This document shows, one piece after another, positions 40,297-49,544 of a stretch of 64,000 nucleotides of DNA. This DNA comes from a plasmid. The position numbers were made by a program, and so were the translations under genes. Where the stretch lies: assembly GCF_053078305.1 (NCBI RefSeq), contig NZ_CP166875.1; one strand, 5' to 3'. The notes under the pieces are model-generated. The model searched no databases. It had not been told where the DNA came from and saw only the letters and a program-made list of their open reading frames with translations. Every line of letters begins with the position of its first letter. Position 1 is the stretch's first letter.

Positions 40297-40575
40297 ATGA
40301 AAAACAATACCGCACAGGCAACAAAAGTAATTACCGCGCATGTGCCATTACCTATGGCTGATAAAGTCGACCAGATGGCCGCCAGACTGGAACGCTCCCG
40401 GGGCTGGGTTATCAAACAGGCACTTTCTGCATGGCTTGCCCAGGAGGAGGAGCGTAATCGCCTGACGCTGGAAGCCCTGGACGATGTGATATCCGGACAG
40501 ATTATCGACCATCAGGCTGTACAGGCCTGGGCAGACAGCCTCAGTACTGACAATCCGTTACCGGTTCCACGCTGA
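40297..40575 (+). CDS. ribbon-helix-helix antitoxin (ParD/CopG-like)
   Basis: 92 aa upstream of and coupled to ParE-like ORF. Confidence 0.6.
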   Translation: MKNNTAQATKVITAHVPLPMADKVDQMAARLERSRGWVIKQALSAWLAQEEERNRLTLEALDDVISGQIIDHQAVQAWADSLSTDNPLPVPR

Positions 40576-40850
40576 TGGAACTGAAGTGGACCAGTAAGGC
40601 GCTTTCTGATTTGGCGCGGTTATATGATTTTCTGGTGCTGGCCAGTAAACCTGCCGCCGCCAGAATGGTACAGTCCCTGATACAGGCACCGGTCATTCTG
40701 TTAACTCATCCACGTATGGGAGAACAGTTGTTTCAGTTTGAACCCAGGGAGGTCAGACGGATTTTTGCTGGCGAGTACGAAATCCGTTACGAACTTAATG
40801 GGCTGCGTTTGGGAAACGTACAATATTGTACGGTTGCGCTATTGCGGTAG
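40575..40850 (+). CDS. ParE/RelE-family toxin
   Basis: 91 aa, ATGA overlap with antitoxin. Confidence 0.6.
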   Translation: MELKWTSKALSDLARLYDFLVLASKPAAARMVQSLIQAPVILLTHPRMGEQLFQFEPREVRRIFAGEYEIRYELNGLRLGNVQYCTVALLR

Positions 40851-41039
40851 GGTGTACTCCAACGCTATACGGTATTTGGCAGACCTTTAGGGACATGAGA
40901 TAACCTAAATGCAATAAGAGAAAAGCAATAACTTAAAGGCGATAGCTGATCACGATGAATCAATCAGTTACTTATCCGCATCGATTAAAAAATGCTCCTA
41001 ACGTACAATAATTCCGTTTCCCAAACCGACCCCTCAGTG

Positions 41040-41310
41040 TTCTGGCTGGAAGTCCTCAGTACACGCTCGTAAGCGGCCCTGACGGCCCGCTAACGCGGAG
41101 ATACGCCCCGACTTCGGGTAAACCCTCGTCGGGACCACTCCGACCGCGCACAGAAGCTCTCTCATGGCTGAAAGCGGGTATGGCTTAACAGGGTGGGAAT
41201 GGGATAGGCGAAATCTATCAATCAGTACCGGCTTACGCCGGGCTTCGGCGGTTTTACTCCGGTATCACATGTAACCACAGCGTACCGCCTTCCATGCCGC
41301 TGGCGCGGCA
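41040..41310. repeat. 270-bp GC-rich structured segment, copy B
   Basis: direct repeat of 39158-39427. Confidence 0.7.
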
Positions 41311-41385
41311 TATCATGGTGACGATATCTGAATCGTTATATACTGTGTATATACGTGGTAATGACGAGGTGATAAATGGCACAGG

Positions 41386-41469
41386 TTAATATGAGTTTAA
41401 GAATCGACGCTGAACTGAAGGATGCTTTTATGGGGTCAGCCTGGAATTCGGAAAATAAACCACGTTAAG
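41386..41469 (+). pseudogene. truncated RHH antitoxin remnant (MAQVNMSLRIDAELKDAF...)
   Basis: 27-codon ORF with RelB/ParD-like N-terminus, no toxin partner. Confidence 0.4.
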
Positions 41470-41640
41470 ACTATTTTTTAGCCAAATGACTGTCAGGAAT
41501 CCGGACGGTCGGAACATTTCGTACAGCCTTTACGTTCAGTGAGTTAGCTGGCCTGGATGTAACCACTCGTTCAACTCAATTCTCTTAGCGTGGGAAAATT
41601 TCCGTTTTCCAAGCGGACCCCTAGAAGAAGGGAAGCGATA

Positions 41641-42057
41641 TCAAGCCCAGGGATTAATAATTGATACTCCGGTTAATTCAAAATCACCAACATTTCTGGT
41701 TACAACCGTCATCCCATGTACCAGCGCCGTTGCTGCGATCAATGCGTCTCGTTCACTGCGCCTGTCGGGAACATGTAAACGAGAACAACGTAATGCAACC
41801 GCAGTATCTACAGGAAGTATCTTATCAGAAAACGCTGGTAACACATGCTGATCCATCCAAGAACGTAGCATAATCCCTTGTCGCATATCTCGACGTTCAA
41901 CTTGTAATATTCCCTGTTCAAGTTCCATTATGGAAATAACAGAAATAAAGAAATCTGCCGCATCTGTATGCAATACCCATTTTGCAACATTATTATCTAT
42001 ACGTCCTGTCCGAGCCTTCCGTAGCTCAGAGATAACATTAGTATCAAGAATATACAC
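41641..42057 (-). CDS. vagD: VapC/VagD PIN-domain toxin
   Basis: 138 aa, MYILDTNVISE PIN motif. Confidence 0.85.
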   Translation of the reverse strand: MYILDTNVISELRKARTGRIDNNVAKWVLHTDAADFFISVISIMELEQGILQVERRDMRQGIMLRSWMDQHVLPAFSDKILPVDTAVALRCSRLHVPDRRSERDALIAATALVHGMTVVTRNVGDFELTGVSIINPWA

Positions 42058-42311
42058 TATAAAAACTCCGCAGGTTTTAAACTAACCGTAATACGAGGCG
42101 GTTCAAATTCAACTGCATCAGCATCGGGCATCGCCAGAATGTCAATGAGAGTTCGTCGTTGTTGCGTCAATTTTCGGTATTCTTCGATACTAAGAAGTAC
42201 ATGTGCGGTTTTACCCCGATCAGTAATAAATACTGGACCATAATTCGTGGCGCGTTTGGCTCGAGTTACATCTTGATTAAGTTCCCGACTGGATAGGGTT
42301 GTAATCTTCAT
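42057..42311 (-). CDS. vagC: VapB/VagC antitoxin
   Basis: MKITTLSSRELNQDV..., overlaps toxin start. Confidence 0.8.
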   Translation of the reverse strand: MKITTLSSRELNQDVTRAKRATNYGPVFITDRGKTAHVLLSIEEYRKLTQQRRTLIDILAMPDADAVEFEPPRITVSLKPAEFL

Positions 42312-42424
42312 GCTGTTGCCTTTTGATGTATATAGGTACGTTACTACATTGTAGGGCATGAAATAGTACAATGCAAGAAATGTACTTGATTAGGGGTAGT
42401 CTTCGCCGCTTGTTGCTGTCAGAT

Positions 42425-42458
42425 ATTAATGCTAATGTATGCATACATTAGCATTAAT
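42425..42458. promoter_or_regulatory. 34-bp perfect palindrome ATTAATGCTAATGTATGCATACATTAGCATTAAT
   Basis: perfect dyad in divergent intergenic region. Confidence 0.45.
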
Positions 42459-42470
42459 GAGGGATGATAT

Positions 42471-42884
42471 GTGAGAGACAAAACCAGGGAGGCCATGCGG
42501 TTTTTTTTAGGCGGCAGGTGTTACACGGCTGAAAACCTTGAAAAGGATTATCTGGCTGAAGTTGCTAATTACAGTGACGACCGCTGGGAAGCACCCCAAC
42601 GCGCCGCACGTCTGGCAGCTGCCGTAAAGCGTTACAAGACATCAGAAATGCTGCGCTTTATTTTTGCTACCACTGCCTACGATCCCGATCCAGATTTAAC
42701 CCCGCTGACTGTGAGACGTTTGTGCAAGGCATTGTTCGGCAGAACAGGAAGCCAGTGGCTGGTTGTTGAAGTTTTTGGGGAGAAGGGGCGTCAGCACCGC
42801 AGCGCGGACAGCAATCCGGAGATGGTGGAAAAAGGGGGTTCGCGCCCATTTCCTCTAAAAGTCTCACCTTGCTTAGGTAATTAA
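42471..42884 (+). pseudogene. hypothetical ORF whose 3' end runs into the Tn3-family left IR
   Basis: ORF C-terminus encoded by IR sequence at 42834-42884. Confidence 0.35.
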
Positions 42885-42890
42885 TTGAAT

Positions 42891-43472
42891 TTATTTATAA
42901 AACGTTGCAATTTTAGCATCATTTTTTATTGTTCTTTTTAACCTGAAGTACGTCGATCGAGAGATACCTGTTTTTTCTGTCACACTGCCCAGAGATTCTC
43001 CCTGTGATATAAGCTCCAACGCTGTAGGCGTTCGTGGATGCTTCTTCCTGCCAAATTTTACGCCTGCGGCAAGTGCCGCTATTCTTCCGTCGTTTGTCCG
43101 CTCCAGAATACGCTCACGTTCCGCTTCAGCTACAGCAGCAAGGATTTGGATAACCATTTTGCCCATTGTCCCTTCTGTACTGAGACCGTTCTCCAGGAAC
43201 CGGATGGCGATCCCCTTTTTGTAACAGCTATCAACCACACGAATCATGTCAGCAGTGTTACGCCCCAGTCGGTCCATTTTTGTACAGATGATTACGTCGT
43301 CTTTCTCTGCACGGGCCAACAACCGCTGTAGTCCTTCCCGTTCATCAGTTGCGCCAGTCATCATATCCGTAAAAATACGATCTTCCCGTACCCCGGCATT
43401 TTTTAGCTCCGAGATTTGATGTGTTAGCTTCTGATGACTGGTTGATACCCGTGCATACCCCAATAACGCCAT
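42891..43472 (-). CDS. tnpR: serine-recombinase resolvase TnpR
   Basis: MALLGYARVSTSHQ catalytic Ser motif, C-terminal HTH. Confidence 0.85.
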   Translation of the reverse strand: MALLGYARVSTSHQKLTHQISELKNAGVREDRIFTDMMTGATDEREGLQRLLARAEKDDVIICTKMDRLGRNTADMIRVVDSCYKKGIAIRFLENGLSTEGTMGKMVIQILAAVAEAERERILERTNDGRIAALAAGVKFGRKKHPRTPTALELISQGESLGSVTEKTGISRSTYFRLKRTIKNDAKIATFYK

Positions 43473-43484
43473 TTTTAGTCTCAC

Positions 43485-43628
43485 TTATCGTTTTTGACAC
43501 TGCATGGTATCATAATGTACAAAATACGATTTTTGAAACCTGCTTTTATGCTGTTTTAGACAGGTATCAGATATCTTAATATTTGATACTAGCCATATTT
43601 AACAAATATTTAGCATTTTGGTAAATGT
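43485..43628. promoter_or_regulatory. res site region between tnpR and tnpA
   Basis: divergent intergenic region with TGTC..GACA-type dyads. Confidence 0.5.
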
Positions 43629-46600
43629 ATGCAGAAGTACAAGAAAAGAATTAGTATATTAACAAAAAGTGAAATAAATGAATTATATCAAGTCCCCTCT
43701 TTTAATCCTGTTGAAAGGGATGAGTTTTTTTCGCTGGATATCAGCCTTAAAAGAGAAATTGATAAAATAATAAATATAGAAAGCAGGGTGTATCTGATAT
43801 TAATAACAGGGTATTTCAGATATAAACCTGTGATTCCTGAATTTACATTAAAAGACGTAAAAAGGGATGTGAAATATATTATCCAGACATATTATAAAAA
43901 CGAAAGTACTAATCTCAATTTAAACATACCTAAAAGTACAAAGTACCGCCTTGTTAAACGAATGCTTTCTACTCTAGGATTTGAACAACTCACCCCATCT
44001 ATAAAAAATGAGTTAAGTGAACGTCTGAATGATGTTGCTACTATATGTATGGAACCAAAATATATTTTTGATGAATTACTTGCTTTTTTAGGACAGCGGC
44101 GTATAGCTCTTCCTGGATACAGTACTGTCCAGAACCTCGTTTCAGATGCTTTAAACTTTGAAAGGAAAAGGACAATTAATATTTTGTCAAAGAGAATTTA
44201 TCCTGCCACTGCACAAAAGATTACATCCATCATCCATGATGATGGAATATTAAATTCCATCAGGGGATATAATTATAGCACGAGAGACTTCTCAGCATCA
44301 GAAATAGAAAATGAATTAAGAACTCACAATGTGATAAGTAGTATTTACTATGAAATAAAAGATATAATTAATTCATTAGGTATATCCCAGGGAAACATGG
44401 AGTACTATGCAACTATCGTAAAACACAGTACAACATTCAGACTTAAGCGACACCCTAAATGGCAAGGAATACTTTATTTGTGCTGCTACTTGTACTTCAG
44501 ATACAGAGAGATAAATGATAAAATAATCACAGCCTTCAGATATTTAGTAAAAAAACATAAAGACGCTTCAGTTTTGTTTGCAAAAGCTCGGGCAACAGAG
44601 GAAATAGATCTAATAAATAAAAAGCTTAAGTTTGCGAGTAAAATATTTAACTTCTTCGTTGATAGTAACATTGAAGACAGCATCCCTTTTGGATATGTTC
44701 GTGAAAAGGTTTTTTCACTTATATCGAAAGATGATATGCATCTTGTGAGTGAATTTTTTGACAAAAATAAAATCGATGTAATTGAATATCAATGGCAGTA
44801 TATTGACAGCCATCACCTTAAGATCGCCAATTCAATCCGAAAGCTTTTTCTGGCTATAGATATAGTATATGACAACGAGAAGTCTGTTATTGGCCAGCAA
44901 ATTACTGCTGCCAAGGATGATCTCAGAGGAAAAGGAAAGCTGGATGCTAAGGATCTGAGGGTAATTCATCCATCCGAGAAAAATTACATTGTAAAAGAAG
45001 GAGAAATTAACACTCAACGATTCGAATTTCATATGTACAGCAGGGTATCTAACCATCTGGAAAACGGTGTCTTTTATGCTGCGGAGAGTGAACAAAACAA
45101 GAGACTGGAAGATGATCTCATAGAACGAAGTTACTGGCATAAGAATAAATCGATTTTGATAGAGAAAACAGGCCTTGAACGACTTATCACACCAATAACG
45201 CAGACTCTTAATGAGCTGGAGAATACCTTTAGCGATAAACTGGCTCGTATAACCATTGGAATAAACTCAGATGCTAATGAGTTTGTGAAAAAACAACCAC
45301 ACTCCAACAGATTACAGTGGAGTCTGGCCAGTAAAAAATGGAAGACCAGCATCGATAATCCGATTTACAATCAGATAAAAAATATCGGAATAGTTGACGT
45401 AATGAAGTATGTAAACAATGAGACGAATTTTTTGTCTGTGTTTAATGCCATATCATCCAGGAAAAATAATCTTGAAGCTGACTATAATGACCTTCTTGCC
45501 TGTATATTTGGTAATGGCGCAAATTATGGTGTTCACAGAATGGCATCTGCATCAGACCGTAGTATTGGAATACTACGTGATGTGAATGACAAATTCATTC
45601 GTCCAGAAACAACAGGAATGGCCAACACAGTAATATCTGATGCAATTGCAAATCTTTCTGTATATAAATACTGGACGATAAATGAAGATTCTCCATTTGG
45701 AAGTGTTGATGGGCAGAAGCACACTTGCAGAATAAATACATTTAAAGCCCGTTATTCTGCCAAGTATTTCAGAAAGGGGAAAGGGGTTTCTGCGATGACA
45801 CTGGTATCTAATCATGTGCCATTATCAACTGTGGTAATTTCTCCAAATGAATATGAAGGTCATTTTGCATTTGACTTGTTATATAACAACACCAGTGAAA
45901 TACAACCAAAGTCATTAGCGACTGACAATCATGGTATAAACAACGTTAATTTTGCGATTCTTGACATTTTTGGCTATCAGTTTTCACCACGTTATGCAAA
46001 ATTCAAGAAAATATTTAATGAATTATTTGATGTTATACTGGAGAGTGATAAACTCATTATAAAACTTAAAAAACAATTTAACTTTAAGCTCATTGAACAT
46101 GAATGGGAAAACATCCAACATATTATTTGTTCTTTAAGCAGAAAAACAACCATTCAAAGTACGGTTGTTAAGAAGTTATCTAATACAAAGCGTAGCAACA
46201 AGACATTAGCAGCACTTCGGGAGTATGACCGAGTTATAAAATGCATATATGTCCTGGATTATGCTGACAATAAAACCTTAAGGCAATTTGTGCAACAAGC
46301 ACTGAACAGAGGTGAAGCTTATCATCAACTAAGAAGAGCAATAGCATCAGTAAATGGAAATCAATTTCGCGGTGGTAATGACTACCAAATAGATCAATGG
46401 AACGACTGTGCGAGGTTAATAGCTAATTGTGTAATCTATTATAATTCAGCAATATTATCCAGGCTGGTCGAGAAATTTGAAAAAGAAAATAATAAAAAAG
46501 CGATAGATGTTCTGGCTAACTTATCCCCAGTAGCATGGAGACACATTCTCCTTGGAGGGAATTATTCTTTTGAAGATCAAGTTGCGATCACAAATTTGGA

Positions 46601-46667
46601 CAGTCTTTTGGAGGGAGTAGACCCACTAAGTGATATCGGAGATATTGAGTCCGAATATGACGGTTAA
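43629..46667 (+). CDS. tnpA: Tn3-family transposase TnpA
   Basis: 1012 aa, AT-rich, typical size for the family. Confidence 0.9.
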   Translation: MQKYKKRISILTKSEINELYQVPSFNPVERDEFFSLDISLKREIDKIINIESRVYLILITGYFRYKPVIPEFTLKDVKRDVKYIIQTYYKNESTNLNLNIPKSTKYRLVKRMLSTLGFEQLTPSIKNELSERLNDVATICMEPKYIFDELLAFLGQRRIALPGYSTVQNLVSDALNFERKRTINILSKRIYPATAQKITSIIHDDGILNSIRGYNYSTRDFSASEIENELRTHNVISSIYYEIKDIINSLGISQGNMEYYATIVKHSTTFRLKRHPKWQGILYLCCYLYFRYREINDKIITAFRYLVKKHKDASVLFAKARATEEIDLINKKLKFASKIFNFFVDSNIEDSIPFGYVREKVFSLISKDDMHLVSEFFDKNKIDVIEYQWQYIDSHHLKIANSIRKLFLAIDIVYDNEKSVIGQQITAAKDDLRGKGKLDAKDLRVIHPSEKNYIVKEGEINTQRFEFHMYSRVSNHLENGVFYAAESEQNKRLEDDLIERSYWHKNKSILIEKTGLERLITPITQTLNELENTFSDKLARITIGINSDANEFVKKQPHSNRLQWSLASKKWKTSIDNPIYNQIKNIGIVDVMKYVNNETNFLSVFNAISSRKNNLEADYNDLLACIFGNGANYGVHRMASASDRSIGILRDVNDKFIRPETTGMANTVISDAIANLSVYKYWTINEDSPFGSVDGQKHTCRINTFKARYSAKYFRKGKGVSAMTLVSNHVPLSTVVISPNEYEGHFAFDLLYNNTSEIQPKSLATDNHGINNVNFAILDIFGYQFSPRYAKFKKIFNELFDVILESDKLIIKLKKQFNFKLIEHEWENIQHIICSLSRKTTIQSTVVKKLSNTKRSNKTLAALREYDRVIKCIYVLDYADNKTLRQFVQQALNRGEAYHQLRRAIASVNGNQFRGGNDYQIDQWNDCARLIANCVIYYNSAILSRLVEKFEKENNKKAIDVLANLSPVAWRHILLGGNYSFEDQVAITNLDSLLEGVDPLSDIGDIESEYDG

Positions 46668-46733
46668 CAACATGATAAATAATGGTTTTTATGCTAAGAG
46701 TGAGACTTTTGGAGGAAATGGGCGCAGAACCCC

Positions 46734-46957
46734 TGTATCTGCCGTTCGGTTTTTGCACGAAGTTTTTCTGAGCTTTTACCGAACTGCATACGTTGCAGTT
46801 TCGCAACCAGCGCCTTCAGCCGGTTGATTTCGGAAGCATAAGCCGCCACCCGCTGTGAGAGCAGGCGGTTGTATTCAGCCATCTGGCGGATGGTGTCCTG
46901 TTGCGTCTGCAACAGTGCCCGCAGGCGGGCGTTCTCATGAGCAAGTGAGGTGTCCAT
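46734..46957 (-). pseudogene. IS66-family TnpC N-terminal fragment truncated by Tn3-family insertion
   Basis: leucine-zipper N-terminus MDTSLAHENARLRALL...; ORF ends at Tn IR. Confidence 0.7.
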
Positions 46958-46976
46958 ATCCTCACTTTACAACGGG

Positions 46977-47324
46977 TTATATGCGGATTCCAGCGCGTTC
47001 CGTTCGTTTCGGGTGCTTCCAGTTGATACCTTCAAGAAGCATGGATAACTGAGCCGGAGTAAGGTGCACCTTGCCGTCACGGGTGACTGGCCAGACGAAG
47101 CGGCCCCGCTCCAGGCGTTTGGTGAAGAGGCACAGTCCGTCACTGTCAGCCCACAACACTTTTATCTGGTCACCCCGGCGTCCGCGGAAGATGAACAGGT
47201 GTCCGGAGAACGGGTCATCCTTCAGGACGTTCTGAACTTTTGATGCCAGGCCGTTAAAGCCATTTCGCATATCGGTGATACCTGCAACCAGCCAGATACG
47301 CGAACCTGCAGGGAGAGATATCAT
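46977..47324 (-). CDS. IS66-family TnpB (orf2)
   Basis: 115 aa, typical IS66 orf2 size and sequence. Confidence 0.8.
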   Translation of the reverse strand: MISLPAGSRIWLVAGITDMRNGFNGLASKVQNVLKDDPFSGHLFIFRGRRGDQIKVLWADSDGLCLFTKRLERGRFVWPVTRDGKVHLTPAQLSMLLEGINWKHPKRTERAGIRI

Positions 47325-48001
47325 CAGTGGCTGCTCCCTTTTATTTCGCGGATAAGTGTCTGTAATAACGCCGGCGTCAGTTTACCTTTAAGCCTGAGAG
47401 TTCCGGCCGGCAGAACCAGCTCACAACACAGACTGTCGGACGGTGTATTTATCTGCTCTGGTTCCTGTGCGGGGGCCGGGATTTTATTATCCGGCTCCGG
47501 CGTTAACGTCACGGGAAGCAGTGCCGGCATATTTTTTCCGGAAGGCAGCAGGCCACCTTTCCGGTATTGATGGCGCCAGTTGAAGAGCAGGTTATCGTTG
47601 ATTCCGTTTTCCCGGGCGATCTGCGCCACACAGGCTCCGGGCTGCAGTGACTGCTCCACTAAGGCGATTTTAAACTCATAAGGGAAGTTGGGCCGCCGGG
47701 GACGTTTTTTTACCACGGGGGCTTCGGATATAACGGTGCTTTCAGGACGTACGACTGGTACCGTGGAAAATTGTCCGTAAAGGCAGGCATCAAGTTCCTG
47801 CTCCGACATGCCTGCGGGCAAAGGCCACGAAAGGCCAGCTCTCCGAAAGCGCACGAACATACTACAAACTGTTGATTTTGGTACACCCAGGCGACGCCCG
47901 GCCACAACCCGGGGTAAATGTTCTTCAAAGTGAAGACGTAAAGCTTCAGTGATCCAGGTCCGGTGTTTCATACGATAGTGTCCATTAAAAATGATGGACA
48001 T
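47324..48001 (-). CDS. IS66-family TnpA (orf1)
   Basis: contains KRPRRPNFPYEFKIALVEQSL...LLFNWRHQYR HTH region; start uncertain. Confidence 0.7.
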   Translation of the reverse strand: MSIIFNGHYRMKHRTWITEALRLHFEEHLPRVVAGRRLGVPKSTVCSMFVRFRRAGLSWPLPAGMSEQELDACLYGQFSTVPVVRPESTVISEAPVVKKRPRRPNFPYEFKIALVEQSLQPGACVAQIARENGINDNLLFNWRHQYRKGGLLPSGKNMPALLPVTLTPEPDNKIPAPAQEPEQINTPSDSLCCELVLPAGTLRLKGKLTPALLQTLIREIKGSSH

Positions 48002-48329
48002 TATTTTTGTAGAGCCGGAGGAAACAGACCAGACGGTTTAAATGAGCCGGTTACAAACAAATTCGCTTCATAAATTTCATAGTGCAGACCACATCCCCAA
48101 TGAGCCTGCTTTTCCAGCCTGCTGATCACCACATCAGCCCGGATAACATCAAAGGGATTGCGGGAATGAATATTACGAATAAAGCCATCGGTACGTGCTG
48201 CTGACATATTTCTGCCCATCTTTAATACACCTCTGTTTTTTGCCCCCATCATCTGTTGAGTTTCGGGAGCCGCGGTTTTGACGTTTTGCGGGGACCTGCC
48301 TTTTGTTCCCTCCGGTATTCACCATCACC

Positions 48330-48720
48330 TGTTTGAGAACCTTCGCCGCAAGGGGCATCACTGCCACGGCCGGAAACGACTGTCCGGGGGCAGACCGCAA
48401 AAGTTTTTGCCTGCTTTTGGGCAAAAAGTTTTGCGGGATGTGCATTTCACCCCTGGACTGGCGGAGACGGTTGTGGCTGTCTTTGCCCCCGGCGACAGGG
48501 GCTTAAACAGGTGTATGGCACCGGACACAACAACGGGCAGGGACCCGCCGCAACGACGAAGAGCGCGTGCGCGAAACGGCGTTGCCCCTTACATCCCGGC
48601 GGCCTTTTGCCGGGATGCCAGGAGCGCAGGCCACGGCGCGACAGAGGCGGCGCGACCGGAACGGTCGCTGCAAGCCCGGGGTTTCGCGTCAGGGATGGAA
48701 GCCCGCCAGGGCGGAGACAG
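48330..48720. promoter_or_regulatory. GC-rich hairpin repeat, copy 1 (candidate Frpo/ssi-type single-strand element)
   Basis: homologous to 53740-54010; core GAGCGCAGGCCACGGCGCGACA.AGGCGGCGCGACCG...CGGTCGCTGCAAGCCCGG. Confidence 0.5.
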
Positions 48721-49078
48721 CTTCGCTGGCTCCGTTCACGACAGCCCGCCCCGCCTGGGGGACGCCCGGAAAAGGCATAAGCAGGAGAACAACAAAACAG
48801 ACAATAATCAGGGCAGCAGTAATCAGAGTCAGAACAGGAGGAAAAAGAGAATAATCAAAGGGAAGGTGATGTGATTTCCGACAGGTCATAAACAGAGAAG
48901 GCGGGGGAAAAGAACGGGCGCCGCAGGCGCGCGTTCATCCCCGTTCCCGGAGGGAATCGGCCTTCCTGGCAGTCTGGTTGTTCATGCTGCTGCAATGTCA
49001 GCAAGGAGAAAGGGGCCACCGGCGAACCAGCAGCCCCTTTATAAAGGCGCTTCAGTGCAGTCAGACCAGCATCAGCCC

Positions 49079-49104
49079 TGAAAAGGCGGGCCTGCGCCCG
49101 CCTC
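49079..49104 (-). terminator. rho-independent terminator of hok transcript
   Basis: GGCGGGCGCAGGCCCGCC hairpin followed by T-tract on - strand. Confidence 0.6.
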
Positions 49105-49111
49105 CAGGTTG

Positions 49112-49270
49112 CTACTTACCGGATTCGTAAGCCATGAAAGCCGCCACCTCCCTGTATCCGTCTCTGTAACGAATCTCGCACAGCGATTTTCGTGTCAGAT
49201 AAGTAAATATCAACAGTGTGAGACACACAATCAACACACACCAGACAAGAGAGCTGCGTGGTAGTTTCAT
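49112..49270 (-). CDS. hok: Hok host-killing type I toxin; overlapping mok frame extends to 49411
   Basis: [52 protein letters not shown]. Confidence 0.85.
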
Positions 49271-49544
49271 GGCCTTCTTCTCCTTGCGCAAAGCGCGGTA
49301 AGAGGCTATCCTGATGTTGTCAGACATATGGGATGCCTCGTGGGTTAATGAAAAATTAACTACGGGGCTATCTTCTTTCTGCCACACAACACGGTAACAA
49401 ACCACCTTCACGTCATGAGGCAGAAAGCCTCAAGCGCCGGGCACATCATAGCCCATATACCTGCACGCTGACCACACTCACTTTTCCTGAAAATAACCCG
49501 CTCATTCAGGCTGTTTACGGGTAATCTGTGTGATTGTTGCCGCA

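Larger units (their letters stand above)
42834..46733. mobile_element. compact Tn3-family transposon (tnpR-res-tnpA only)
   Basis: terminal inverted repeats GGGGGTTCGCGCCCATTTCCTCTAAAAGTCTCAC... at 42834 and inverted at 46693-46733. Confidence 0.8.
46734..48062 (-). mobile_element. IS66-family element, 3' part missing
   Basis: orf1-orf2-orf3' order; boundary at ~48060 inferred. Confidence 0.6.

Noticed and set aside
42834-46733. Composite transposon carrying resistance or defence cargo
   Set aside because: Only tnpR and tnpA lie between the inverted repeats; there is no room for passenger genes.
48278-48874. 198-aa + strand ORF and overlapping ORFs in the GC-rich region
   Set aside because: Multiple overlapping frames in a hairpin-rich repeat with Arg/Pro/Gly low-complexity translations; more likely non-coding.
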